From: Bugula neritina | Lineage: Eukaryota; Animalia; Bryozoa | Assembly (NCBI GenBank): GCA_964035545.1 | Contig: OZ037772.1 | Location: forward strand, 4,840,233 to 4,904,232 | Direction: 5' to 3' | DNA length: 64,000 nt | Shown: positions 42,301 through 50,951 of the stretch, piece by piece | Layout of the letters: the number at the start of each line of letters is the position of its first letter | How positions within the stretch are numbered: the stretch's first letter is position 1 | Made by a program: the position numbers and the translations under genes | The notes under the pieces: model-generated | The model's input: only the letters and a program-made list of their open reading frames with translations | The model's database searches: none | What the model was told of the DNA's origin: nothing

Positions 42301-45300
42301 TGTAAAGTTGAGCACAAGACTTTGAACTTATTGTAATGTTTAAATCAAAATCAAGTGTCAGGTGTATAGTGCTACGGTATGCGTTGCCTTACTCCATGGT
42401 GCTGAAACCTGGAACATATACAGTGTGCAAGCAGACGGACTGCAAACATATTTAATTCGACATCTCCACTCAATTATGGGTATCTTTTGAAGGGACAAGA
42501 ATACTAACAAATAATTACTGAACAGAGCTAGTTTATCATCGCTAAAATCTATCCTCATGTATATAAATTTGAGACAGCCAGGAGATCTTGAGAGGGTAGA
42601 TCATAGTCACTTACTTGGACAACTTTTTTATTTGCAGCTGAAAAAAAGTAAGCAAAACCAAGGAAGGCTCCGATTGAAATTTAAAACTACTCTAAAGTGA
42701 AATATTAAAAAGATAGACATGGTCAGAGATAACTGGCAAAAGATGGCTGAATGTAGAAAAGGATGGAAATGTTTGATTAAACCAAATTGAAAACAGCCAT
42801 TGTCGCACCGAAAAACTGCTATGATGATGATTCTCCTTGTTATTGTTCACAGGATAGTTAAGGGCATCCTCACTAAGAATATCATAAATTTCTCTCAAAA
42901 TGTAGTTTAGGTTCTTGAATAATATTGCTCTGCGTGTGGCATGAGTGTTGCCTACTTGCAATTGTTTAGTCTAAGATCAAACTACATTAGCAAACTACAA
43001 GCAACCTTCATTAGGGCTGCGTTATCTATTAACATTCCATTATAGGCGCTACATAAACAAGGTACAAAACAAGCTATTCATTGTAGCCTGTCGGCTAGCA
43101 AGCCTGTAATTAGCATGTACGCGCCAATATCTTCTCATCCCTACGTGCTCATTGAAGCGTGAAGCACTGCGCGCTGCTAATTTACTATGAAAAAATATGG
43201 TATTTTCAGTGTATAAATCACCAATTTATAGACAATCTAGAAGAGTTATTTGAAAAAGAAAAAAACTTACCCTGGAGAAATATCTCAGGATTCCAGCAGT
43301 GCAATTTTTTATTCAGATATCATGTTTTGCTGCAGAAATATTTTACTGGTACTGAAAAGTCAGCTTTTCAGGCAAAATTTGCCAAAATTGGGCAGTTTTT
43401 TGTCTATAACTTTGCAAAAAAAATGAAAATTGAAATTTCCAAAAAAAGTTGCACTGGGGAAAAACAAGATCTACAACATAGTTTTTAAATTTTGACTCTA
43501 GCACAATTAGGTGAGATTTCATTTTACTGGTACTGAATTCTTATATGATTACAATGCAAACCTCAGCAAGGCAGTTGCAGCTAAAAGGTTGCCCTTAACT
43601 ATCCTGTGTTGTTATTTTACCATAATAAAAAAATTGACATTTGATTTTTTTATTAGAAAACAGTTGGGTTTCATTTATCAAATCATATTTCGTAATATTT
43701 TGTTGCATTTAGTTTACTTATAAGTGATGCAGAAACATTTCTACAGTAAAGAAGTTGTGTAGAGTTGAATTTTTTTAAACTACGTCTTTGAGAAAAGGTG
43801 CCTGTCATAAATTTACAGACATTTTTTAAATGTATTACAGTTTGAAATAAGTCTGGGGTTGAGATTGTGGGATACTTCTGAACATCTTTGAAAGCTATCT
43901 ACAAAAGCAATATATTAGCTAGATTCAGACTTATTATATATCCTATTTTGTCTGGATTACAGTTTGCAGTATTTGGAGGAACTACAATATCTGAATATTA
44001 TACGAAACAAAATCACTACAATTCCAGAGGCTGTCTGCAACTTGGAGAAATTAGACACACTACAAGTTTATGGATGCAAAGCTCTAACCACTCCGCCTTA
44101 TGAAGTCTGTATACAAGGATTATCAGCTATCAGACAGTACTACAGAGATCTTGCTAAAGGTAAAGGTGAAAGTCTTCCCCTAGTCACCATTGCTGTGATC
44201 GGTCACACAATGGCAAAGAAAACGAGTCTCATTAGAACATTGCAGAGTGAAGAGAGAAAGCGAGTGCTGACAAATCGTGGACCTGAGGTTGCCGTTGACG
44301 AAACAACTAAAGTCTTTAAAGTCGAAGAGTTGGAAGTAAATAATACAGTTTTGAGACTAATTGACATGGGAGGACAACCAGTGTATCACATGACATACCA
44401 GCTAACACTTAAACAAAACTGCATGCCGATAGTAGTGGTGAACATGGCGCACTATGATCAGCTGGCACAAGAAAAGGGAGAAAGAGAGGCTGTGAGAAGA
44501 CTGGCTTTTGATTGGCTGGCTCATTTATACGTGGCAAATCCTGGAATTGGGCAACCAAAACTGGTGTTCACTCACAAAGACAAATTTGATCAGGAAAAAT
44601 TCATAAAACTGACTGTTAATTTCACCAACACAGCCAATCTACTGAAAGATGAAATTATCAGAGAAGAGAAACAACTTGACCAAAGTATAGCAGAGATAGA
44701 ACATTTCCATCAACACAAAGAGCTGTTCCTGCGTGAGGATATCTACTCAGTAGGGAAAGAAGATAATTATGAAGTTTTTGAGAATATGAAATTTGCCATC
44801 TTCGATTCAGCTCAAAACTTTGTAAAAGTGTTGCCAAAGCTGTGGGAAGATGTGAATGGGAAGGTTTTAGGATTGCAAACAGCATTCAGTACATTTGATG
44901 AGATACTTTATGCAGTGCAGCAAGTAGATAGAAGTATCACACCTGATCACCTCACCACAATCCTCACCTACATGCATGATTGTGGTAAAGTCTTGTGGTA
45001 CAAGAATATTGAGGAGTTGAACCAGATTATTTTTCACAAAATTGAGGAAGTCACCAAACTACTCACAGTGTTGTTTCATCACGATGAAGATGTGTGGCAG
45101 ACTCGGCGAACAAGTTTCAAACCACAGCTTTTGACTAACGGAGCTTTTCTTGAGGAAGAACAGTTTGAGAAACTTGTAGGAGATTTCTTGTCAGCGGGAA
45201 TCATGGGAAGCCAACTTTTAGAATATTTACTCAAAGCTGAGACAGCATTCTTTGATGCAAAAGCATATCAACTTGCTGCCATTTTGTTACAGAAATTCAG

Positions 45301-48300
45301 CATACTTTACGGACCAATTGATCTGGAATCGAGGAGCTGTTTTATTGTACCCTTCCACTCTCCTGATTACCTAGAGAACACTCTCAGCACTGATCAAGAC
45401 GTCATTCTCCATGCTGAGATCATGTTCAAAGGTCTCTCAATCCCACAATATGTCTACCAACAAATGAGTGTTGTTGTTTTGAAGCTGTTCTCAGATGAGA
45501 CAAGTGCTCCCCTTGTTAAAAAAAATGGTGTAAAGGTTTTTCACGATGATGTCTCTGTGCGTCTTGTCTATGATGGCCTCTCAAGGAAGGCAGATGTTAC
45601 AGTGTCTGGAGCAGCAGAAAGAGTCACAGACTGTTGGGAGCACATGGTCAGCATAACCAGGAACATCTCCAATGAAATTCGCAGTTCATGGCCTGCCAGC
45701 AGAATGGTCCATAAGTCTAGTTGTACACACTGCATACTGAAAGGTGAATCAAGTCCTAAAGTTCAGGTAACTCCCAGCTGGTGTCATGACTTTCAAACTG
45801 AGAAAGCTTATGAGCAGTTCCAGAAGAAGATGGTGACAGTTATCTGCGGAGAAGATAAGATCCCAAGCCCATTCATGCACCCGTGTAAGTTGGTAATAAA
45901 ATAGTGCTGTGACTTGAAAACTGAAAATATCTAAATTTAGATATTATTATGTTGAATTTTCTTAGTTAGCTAAATGCATTTTAGTTTTCTAAATAAGTCA
46001 AGGTAACTAAAAGTATGCATATGTTTTATGAGCTTTGTCTATTTATAATAATAATAATTATAAAATTAGATGCAGCCACTATTTTTGTTAACAAGATAAG
46101 CATTATCCATCATTCACTAATAAAACTTGAGATTTAATTGTAGGTAAACCTTTGACTGAGTCTAACCTAAAGGAACTGAAGGCAATACTGAAAAAGTTAA
46201 AGATGCAGCAGAAGTATTGGAAGAAAGAGAAAGATGAATCAGGTATATTATACACTCAAGACTTGAGTGTTCTGCAGTTGTGTCTCCTTGAAGATCAAGA
46301 AAGGAAGTGTTGTGTTAAACAGACAGATAAAGTGTAATATGTTACAGAGACAAGCGAGCCCACACTCACTACATCTATAACTCCTCTCCTACGACCAGCA
46401 GTACAGCAGACTGTGACAGACGGAGAGAGTGACCTCTCTGATGATGATGACTACATGGAACCTGCTGATGACCTCGAGAGACAACTGGTATCTCTCAGAC
46501 AGGCAGTTCTACCAACTACTAGGAAGGACATTCGGAGATTATTCTACAACACAGATAAAGTGGGACATCACAATATCTTCTCAATAGTACTCTGGTTATC
46601 TTATATGGCTACGATTTTACACTAGCAACACACTATACATTAACTTTGACAAACAATATTCAGATATTCCAAGTTAAAGTTTTTATATAATTATGTTTTA
46701 ATAAAGGGAGTGGGATATATGTTTACGGAATCACATTAAGCACCATTTCTTTGTATAATAATGCCAAAACTATGCTACAGTAAATTCGTACCCAGGCCAT
46801 GTTCATTCAAAATCACGTAATATATTAGCTATTCCATAGTTTGAAACACAGTTTCTAATATATTATAAGCCAGTTTAACTAACTTAATACTTTCTATGTG
46901 TTTGTTTCATTTGAGTTTCACTTCAAGTTCTACAGAAACATTGCAATTATCAAAATATTTTACACAAACAACTAAATAGATCAAGTGTTTACGTAACTTA
47001 GATTTCATTTTTAATAACTGCAGGTGTTTTCAATGACAAAGAAACGAGGAAGAGCTCTGATAATCAACAACAGAGAGTTTCCCAATTGCCAGAAAAGACT
47101 TGGCTCTGATGTTGATGTCGGAAATCTAAAAGAAATGTTAGAAACATTTAAATTTACAACAGAAGTGCTTGAGAACATCAGTTCTGAGGTATTAAAGCTT
47201 ATGTATATAACAAAACAGTTTTTATGGGCAAAACTGTAGTGTTCCTGTCAACAGCTAGTACAAAAAGAATATTGGATAGATGCTTTTCATTCTAGCAGCC
47301 CTATATTTTTGCATACTTCTTTGATAATTAGCTTCATGTGACCCAATTCTACGATGCAGCAAGTTACATAAATTCACTGCATACTTGAAATGAGGGTAAA
47401 CTAAAAGTTCACTTTAGTTCCAACTTTCAGAGAGAATTAAATCTGTTGTAGGACGTGTTGCATGTGATAAAGAATGAGGTTGGAAACAGACATCATGCTG
47501 AGTCTGGAGTATTCTGGTTGGCTATTCTAAGTCATGGAACTAAGGCTAATCACATCTATGGCTCTGATGGTGTTCTGGTTAACCTAAAGGATGTGTATGA
47601 TCTTCTTTCACCAATTAACTTTCCTCTAATGGCTGAGAAGCCAAAAGTAGTCGTGATTCAAGCTTGTAGTGGAAGTGAGTATCACACAATATCAATAACT
47701 GCTTGCCTCTATAGCACCTTATTACTATAATAAGCTCATCTGAAGGCTTTTGACCAAATCATAAACGTGTAACTATATTCAGTACTGTTCATCTTCAATA
47801 CATTTGCTAGATAGAGTAGATGGAGGCGAGAAAGGAATCTTTCCAGCCAATCAGATTGATAATACAGTTACTGACCAACATTTGGTAGTCAAGGCTGTCA
47901 GATCAGCAGCAGGAGAACCTTTGGGAGGAGACAAATTAGAGAAACTCAACTGTGACAATCTGTTAATATTAAAGTCCAGCTTTGAATGTAAGTAAATAGC
48001 ATAATATTCCTTCTCTGAACATTACAAAACTATTTCTGCATATAACAATAAAAAACATAATTTATTTGTACTGTTTTCTAAAATAAGAATGAATCAGGTC
48101 TCTACCAGATTCAGGAAAATTAGAAAATGAAGATAAGATTTGAAAGTAGAAAAACAAAATAATATTATGGCTCTATGATATATTGACAGTCTCAAAAATA
48201 CTTTGTTTTTTAGTCACAAATTTAACTTACAGTCAAATATTAGCAACATAATAGTTTATGCTGAAAAGGCATTTGCCCTTCATTTCCGAATAAAATATTA

Positions 48301-48808
48301 TATTTTTAAGACTTCTATTGCAGCATTTGTGTCTAAACGTCACCCTGTTTACGGATCTCTAGCAATCAGATGTCTGGTTCAAACTATGTACAGACACGCA
48401 TGTCACAGAGATGTCTATGAAATATTTAGGATTGTAAGTATATATCCAAAAAAACAGCATGTGTGGATATTTAGTGCATATGTGAACATACATCTGATAA
48501 ATTTGATTACTTGCTTGGCTATTACCAATTCTTATAATTATCTGCAGGTACAGCACAGAGTGAGAAAATTTTGCATTCAGAGAAATCTTGAAAATGGTCA
48601 GACAGTGATTGCTATAGATACTCTGACACATCTGAGAAAGCTCTACCTGTTTCCTGGATACAATGGCTCTACAAGGAGTTCTGAGCAATCAAGTAACACG
48701 AGACAACAAGTAGAGAGAGAAGCAAAGTCAAGTAACACGAGACAACAAGTAGAGAGAAAATCAGACTCAAGTAACACAAGACAACAAGTAGAGAGAGAAA
48801 CAGAGTGA
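3359..48808 (+). CDS. Multi-exon gene encoding an LRR-array / ROC-COR (ROCO GTPase) / caspase fusion protein, about 1750 aa if all 13 intact LRR exons are used
   Basis: Proposed join: 3359-3380, 3530-3758, 13 x 141-nt LRR exons (starts 8125, 8871, 9850, 11596, 12628, 13559, 14464, 15391, 16326, 17230, 18141, 19079, 39785), 43963-45884, 46144-46242, 46348-46559, 47024-47188, 47452-47674, 47811-47987, 48324-48433, 48548-48808. All introns are GT-AG, phases match at every junction, total 5253 nt = 1751 codons. Motifs: LxxLxLxxN/C LRRs, PPYEVCIQG..AIRQY pre-ROC cap, DMGGQ, THKD, SHG, QACSG. Confidence 0.85.
3530..3758 (+). CDS. Coding exon 2: N-terminal cap and degenerate first LRR (..DNIHLLAPELRHLRVKNVKSVSNLS)
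   Basis: Acceptor ttacag|, open frame, donor GA|GTAAGT in phase 2, the phase required by the LRR exons (GA+C = Asp). Confidence 0.75.
4315..5069. mobile_element. MITE, copy 1 (same family as 42848-43608)
   Basis: TIR GGATAGTTAAGGGCA..TGCCCTTAACTATCCTGTG; interior highly similar to 42848-43608; left terminus slightly decayed. Confidence 0.85.
5174..7216 (+). mobile_element. Truncated, degenerate Ty3/Gypsy-like LTR retrotransposon (LTR, PBS, gag with CCHC knuckle, protease start)
   Basis: TGTAAC..ATAACA at 5174-5542; PBS TGGTGGCAGCGGTGAGAT at 5544-5561 (tRNA-Leu-type); frameshifted gag with CWDCGGHGHLHEEC; FLLDSKWTTNLLS protease-like motif. A decayed copy of the 5141-5470 region lies at about 7767-7945. 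Confidence 0.8.
7217..7750. repeat. Dispersed repeat of about 530 bp (second copy about 29892-30432)
   Basis: Both copies run from ctgaggcattttcaata..gtaacatagtgag to gagacaaaaact..gagctatccc with high similarity. Confidence 0.85.
8125..8265 (+). CDS. LRR cassette exon (MPNLKNLETLDMSSNKFSDGLPDVVTSMTSLKELIISFCELPNLPE)
   Basis: ctatag|C ... GAAAG|gttagt, 141 nt, phase 2-2. Confidence 0.9.
8871..9011 (+). CDS. LRR cassette exon (MSNLKNLETLDTSGNRFREGFPEVLASITSLRKLDMLYCALPTLPE)
   Basis: ctatag|C ... GAAAG|gttagt, 141 nt. Confidence 0.9.
9850..9990 (+). CDS. LRR cassette exon (MSNLKNLETLNMSENNFSEGLPDVFTSMTSLRELHMKNCKLETLPE)
   Basis: ctatag|C ... GAGAG|gttagt, 141 nt. Confidence 0.9.
10358..10803. 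mobile_element. PIF/Harbinger-type (Tourist-like) MITE, 446 bp
   Basis: taa|AGTTGCGTTTATACCT ... AGGTATAAATGCAACT|taa (TIR 15/16, TSD TAA). The empty site 'gcagactaaaactagcc' is present in sister introns (e.g. near 13130 and 15900). Confidence 0.88.
11211..11295 (+). pseudogene. Decayed LRR pseudo-exon (5' half and acceptor deleted; ..PDVV..LDINYCELPILPE remains)
   Basis: The intron repeat runs into 'atgcctcaaa tttagtaagg' without the tactatag|CATGTCT acceptor; the 3' end GAGAG|gtttgt is retained. Confidence 0.8.
11596..11736 (+). CDS. LRR cassette exon (MSNLKNLEFLDMSQNKFSDGVPDVFTSMTSLRELDMRSCALPTLPE)
   Basis: ctatag|C ... GAGAG|gtttgt, 141 nt. Confidence 0.88.
12628..12768 (+). CDS. LRR cassette exon (MSNLKNLETLDMSWNKFSDELPDVFTSMTSLRTLYMQNCELPTLHE)
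   Basis: caatag|C ... GAGAG|gttagt, 141 nt. Confidence 0.9.
13559..13699 (+). CDS. LRR cassette exon (MSNMENLETLDMSVNNFREGLPDVFTSMKSLRTLNMQNCKLTTLPE)
   Basis: ctatag|C ... GAGAG|gttagt, 141 nt. Confidence 0.9.
14464..14604 (+). CDS. LRR cassette exon (MSNLENLETLDMSGNNFSKGLPDVFASMTSLRELHMKSCELPTLPE)
   Basis: ctatag|C ... GAGAG|gttagt, 141 nt. Confidence 0.9.
15391..15531 (+). CDS. LRR cassette exon (MSNLKNLETLRMSGNKFSEGLPDVFTSMTSLRELNMRYCVLPTLPE)
   Basis: ctatag|C ... GAGAG|gttagt, 141 nt. Confidence 0.9.
16326..16466 (+). CDS. LRR cassette exon (MSNLKNLETLYMSQNKFSEGLPDVFTSMTSLTTLYMQICELPTLPE); absent from the ORF track
   Basis: ctatag|C ... GAGAG|gttagt, 141 nt, translated by hand. Confidence 0.9.
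17230..17370 (+). CDS. LRR cassette exon (MSNLENLETLDMSWNNFSEGLPNVFTSMTSLRELHMKSCELSTLPE); absent from the ORF track
   Basis: ctatag|C ... GAGAG|gtgagt, 141 nt, translated by hand. Confidence 0.9.
18141..18281 (+). CDS. LRR cassette exon (MSSLKNLETLIMSGNNLREGLSEVFTSMTSLRELHIENCKLPTLPE)
   Basis: ctatag|C ... GAGAG|gttagt, 141 nt. Confidence 0.9.
19079..19219 (+). CDS. LRR cassette exon (TSNLKKLETLNMTGNKFSKGLPEVFTLLTSLRTLYMQSCELSTLPE); absent from the ORF track
   Basis: ctatag|C ... GAGAG|gtgagt, 141 nt, translated by hand. Confidence 0.9.
22399..22754. mobile_element. Small AT-rich MITE-like element with CCCAG termini; related diverged copy at about 24425-24848
   Basis: CCCAGTTAG ... CTAACTGGG; the interior aligns by eye with 24480-24810, which is bounded by CCCAGATAGACCCT ... 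AGGGTCTATGTAGG. Confidence 0.5.
22983..26270 (-). mobile_element. Degenerate Academ-like DNA transposon nested in the 7-kb element
   Basis: cta|TAGTCTAGAAGTAACCT(T)CCAA ... TTGGAGGTTACTTCTAGACTA|cta (TAG..CTA termini, 3-bp TSD). Minus-strand relics at 23770-24390: ALTGFHALTGC (XPG-like), LPPTKDELNLHVKRANYQAAIWRR, CSCKTSC..RCGC..CTDVCQCKDC (Cys-rich finger). Confidence 0.82.
27014..27154 (+). pseudogene. LRR cassette exon with a mutated 5' splice site (near copy of exon 18141-18281), probably skipped
   Basis: Open 141-nt frame and intact acceptor, but the donor reads GAGAG|ATTAGT instead of GAGAG|GTTAGT. Confidence 0.75.
27958..30495. mobile_element. 2538-bp CACAG-ended non-autonomous DNA transposon inserted in the 5' LTR, 2-bp TSD (TG)
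   Basis: tg|CACAGTTGGTTTAAGGTCAT ... ATGACCTTAAACTAACTGTG|tg; the 3' LTR shows the empty site 'tgttgcatttaaatc'. Confidence 0.88.
31589..38638 (+). pseudogene. BEL/Pao gag-pol polyprotein, disrupted
   Basis: One reading frame after removing the 33243-33933 insertion and one TTAA, but with in-frame stops (about 34035, 34044, 34453, 36250, 36559, 36661) and a frameshift near 38375. Confidence 0.92.
33243..33933. mobile_element. piggyBac-type MITE (691 bp) inserted in BEL/Pao gag
   Basis: ttaa|CCCTTTCGCGATCAA ... TTGATCGCGTAAGGG|ttaa; excision restores the gag frame (YSYFLNQCLSASRQISGLEVLD). Confidence 0.92.
39785..39925 (+). CDS. Last LRR cassette exon (MSNLKNLEALHTRENNFSEGLPDVVTSMTSLRMLDMHICELPTLPE)
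   Basis: ctatag|C ... GAGAG|gttagt, 141 nt. Confidence 0.9.
40870..42830 (+). mobile_element. Degenerate, internally deleted RTE-like LINE
   Basis: APE endonuclease relics (GYTFYWSG, RILTMRLPL, LVITNTIFKHK), RT C-terminal relics (LLIAGDSAL, FKYL, LLHGAETW), (ATG)n tail at 42821-42830; the 5' boundary is approximate. Confidence 0.75.
42848..43608. mobile_element. MITE, copy 2, with CACAG termini and 2-bp TSD (TT); CMC/EnSpm-like
   Basis: tt|CACAGGATAGTTAAGGGCATCCT ... AGGTTGCCCTTAACTATCCTGTG|tt. Confidence 0.85.
43963..45884 (+). CDS. Large exon: terminal LRRs and cap, ROC GTPase domain and COR region
   Basis: Acceptor ttacag|T (phase 2), donor T|GTAAGT (phase 1). LTTPPYEVCIQGLSAIRQY, G1 VIGHTMAKKTSL, G2 ETT, G3 LIDMGGQPVY, G4 FTHKD, COR-like LPKLW..V and LTYMHDCGKVLWY. 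Confidence 0.92.
46144..46559 (+). CDS. Two linker exons (46144-46242; 46348-46559): basic helix followed by an acidic TDGESDLSDDDD stretch
   Basis: ttgtag|GT..CAG|gtatat (phase 1-1) and ttacag|AG..GATAAA|gtggga (phase 1-0). An alternative phase-0 donor exists after 46487, so the second exon end is less certain. Confidence 0.7.
47024..48808 (+). CDS. Caspase (peptidase C14A) domain exons of the fusion gene: 47024-47188, 47452-47674, 47811-47987, 48324-48433, 48548-48808
   Basis: RGRALIINN, RLGSDVD, ILSHG, KPKVVVIQACSG, SKRHPVYGS, TL..RKLYLFPG; canonical splice sites in matching phases. Confidence 0.92.
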
Positions 48809-49270
48809 AGTCACATGAGACAACAAGTAGAGAGAGAAGCAGAATCAAGTAACATGAGACAACAAGTAGAGAGAGAAGCAGAGTCAAGTAACACCAGACA
48901 AGTAGAGAGAGAAGCAGAATCAAGTAACACGAGACAACAAGTGGAGAGAGAAGCAGAATCAAGTAACACGAGACAACAAGTAGAGAGAGAAGCAGAGTCA
49001 AGTAACATGGGACAACAAGTAGAGAGAGAAGTAGAGTCAAGTAACATGAGACAACAAGTAAAGAGAGAATCAGAGTCAAGTAACATGACACAACAAGTGG
49101 AGAGAGAAGCAAAGTCAATTAACACAAGACAACAAGTAGAGAGAAAAGCAGAGTCAAGTAACACGAGACAACAAGTAGAGAGAATAGCAGAGTCAAGTAA
49201 CCCGAGACAACAAGTAGGGAGAGAAGCAGAATCAAGTAACATGAGACAACAAGTAGAGAGAGAAGCAGAG
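48689..49270 (+). repeat. 39-bp minisatellite, 15 copies, encoding SSN(T/M)RQQVEREAE; it straddles the stop codon
   Basis: Unit TCAAGTAACAYGAGACAACAAGTAGAGAGAGAAGCAGAR; copy 4 begins TGA instead of TCA (48806-48808); one copy lacks a CAA codon. Confidence 0.95.
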
Positions 49271-50095
49271 TCAAAAGTTAAACAGTAATCCAGAATAGAG
49301 TAGGGATAGCAAGCAAGCAAAATACCAAAAGTTTGAGCGATGTTAAATTTTACAGATTGAATTACATGCCTCAGTTAACTTCTTTACTCATCCAAGAACT
49401 TTGAGTGGTTACACGTCGTATTATTGTTATTGTTCCTTCTACTCTCTAAAGGTTGATTGAACTATTAGTCAACCTGAGTTTATTTCTAAAATTACGTGTA
49501 ATGTATTATATGTTACGTATTATTTAAATATTGTAATATTTTAATTTGGGCAACTCGATTTGGCGTTAATTTAAGATTTTACTTGACATAATCAGATGAC
49601 CTGGTTTGATGTTGCCCTCACTATTAACTGAAGAATAGAAGATGTTTGTTACACATCCTTATATAATGCTAAGCTTATATATATACATTAGTAGCAAATG
49701 TAATAATTTAACCATTATAGTTTACTGACATTTCATGCTATGCAATGACAATATTTACCATATTTTAAGCTAATAATATAATATTATTATGTGTGTAGTT
49801 CATCAACCTTAGTTTTACACTAATTCCAATGTACTTGTGATTACAATAAAGGCAATAATTATCATTAGTATGAAGACATTTTTAACTTTCAATTGGTTGA
49901 TCCCTATCATAAGCATGCAGCATAAATAAAATAGAAATTATGCCCTGACAAGATAACGGCCTAAATATTAAAAAAAAGTGAAACGGTATTTATGAAGTTG
50001 TGACAATATATAAAATGATCAATTTCTTCATTCTTGTGATGTGATTGGCCCATGGCATTCAATTATTGAAAACAGCTCCATGCACTTAAATAAAA

Positions 50096-50279
50096 GTGTG
50101 TGTGTGTGTGTGTGGTGAGTCTATGTGTGTGTGTGTGCCAGTTTGTGTGTGGTGTGTGTGGTTATGTGTGCATGTGTGCGAGTTTGTGTGCGTATGCGTT
50201 GGTGTGTGTGCGTACGTGCGTGTGTGTGTGTGTGTTCGTTCGTGCATGCTTTCGTGTGTGTGCGTGTGTGTGTGTGTGT
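50096..50279. repeat. Imperfect (TG)n microsatellite
   Basis: Directly visible. Confidence 0.95.
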
Positions 50280-50951
50280 ACATGAATTTGAATATGATGA
50301 CAATTTCATGAGATTGAGAGTGTTATGTATAGTACTAGTATAGCTGCAGTTCCTCTAAGTAGAATAGCATGTTTGTTGAGCTAGTGTTGGAAATGGATAC
50401 CAGATAAAGTGAAACTACCAGGATAAAAGCACATTAAGGCTCCAGCATTTTTTCACCTTTTATTTACTTTGAGAGTGAGACTTCAATATAGAATCTTTTT
50501 TATTAGAAAAGATTTTTATGCTCATAATGGCTTTCAACATCTGCTCACTCTTGCAGTTTGTATTAAATGGAATTATTAATATAATCATGTTAAACACTGG
50601 CAGTTATCTGCTCTGGCCAGAATGAAATGCAAGATAAGGTAACTTCTCTTTTACTGTTGAATTTCTAAAAAAATTTTAACAAGTATACAGCTGTAGTAGA
50701 CGTTGATTAGAGTTTTGATTATGTTTATTTTTTGACTTAAAGAAATCTTTGATGTTATATTGAGGTTACTCCTGTTGCTGGATATTGCTAGTTTAATATA
50801 AAGAACTAATACTACAAGCTGATGCTGTAGCTATTTGCAGACAAGCTGCTACCTATAATAACAGTAACTGCTTGTTTCAGTATGGACACAATAGAGGTGA
50901 CATGATGAACTAATTCTAACTATGGTCGAAACACATATGTATATTGAGATA

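Noticed and set aside
42856-43597. Classifying the 761-bp MITE as a TTAA-TSD element (Kolobok/piggyBac)
   Set aside because: The inverted symmetry and the similarity between copies extend beyond the TTAA to CACAGGATAG, so the TTAA is internal to the TIR.
43841-43962. Alternative acceptor tattacag|TTTG at 43840 for the ROC exon
   Set aside because: In the required phase it meets a stop (TAA) by the third codon; the acceptor at 43962 gives the open frame.
48806-48808. TGA as selenocysteine
   Set aside because: The position corresponds to Ser in all other repeat copies, not Cys, and I see no SECIS evidence.
48669-49320. Minus-strand Leu/Cys-rich ORFs
   Set aside because: They are antisense readings of the 39-bp minisatellite.
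50086-50343. His/Thr- and Cys/Val-rich ORFs here and at 59256-59999
   Set aside because: Artefacts of (TG)n/(CA)n microsatellites.
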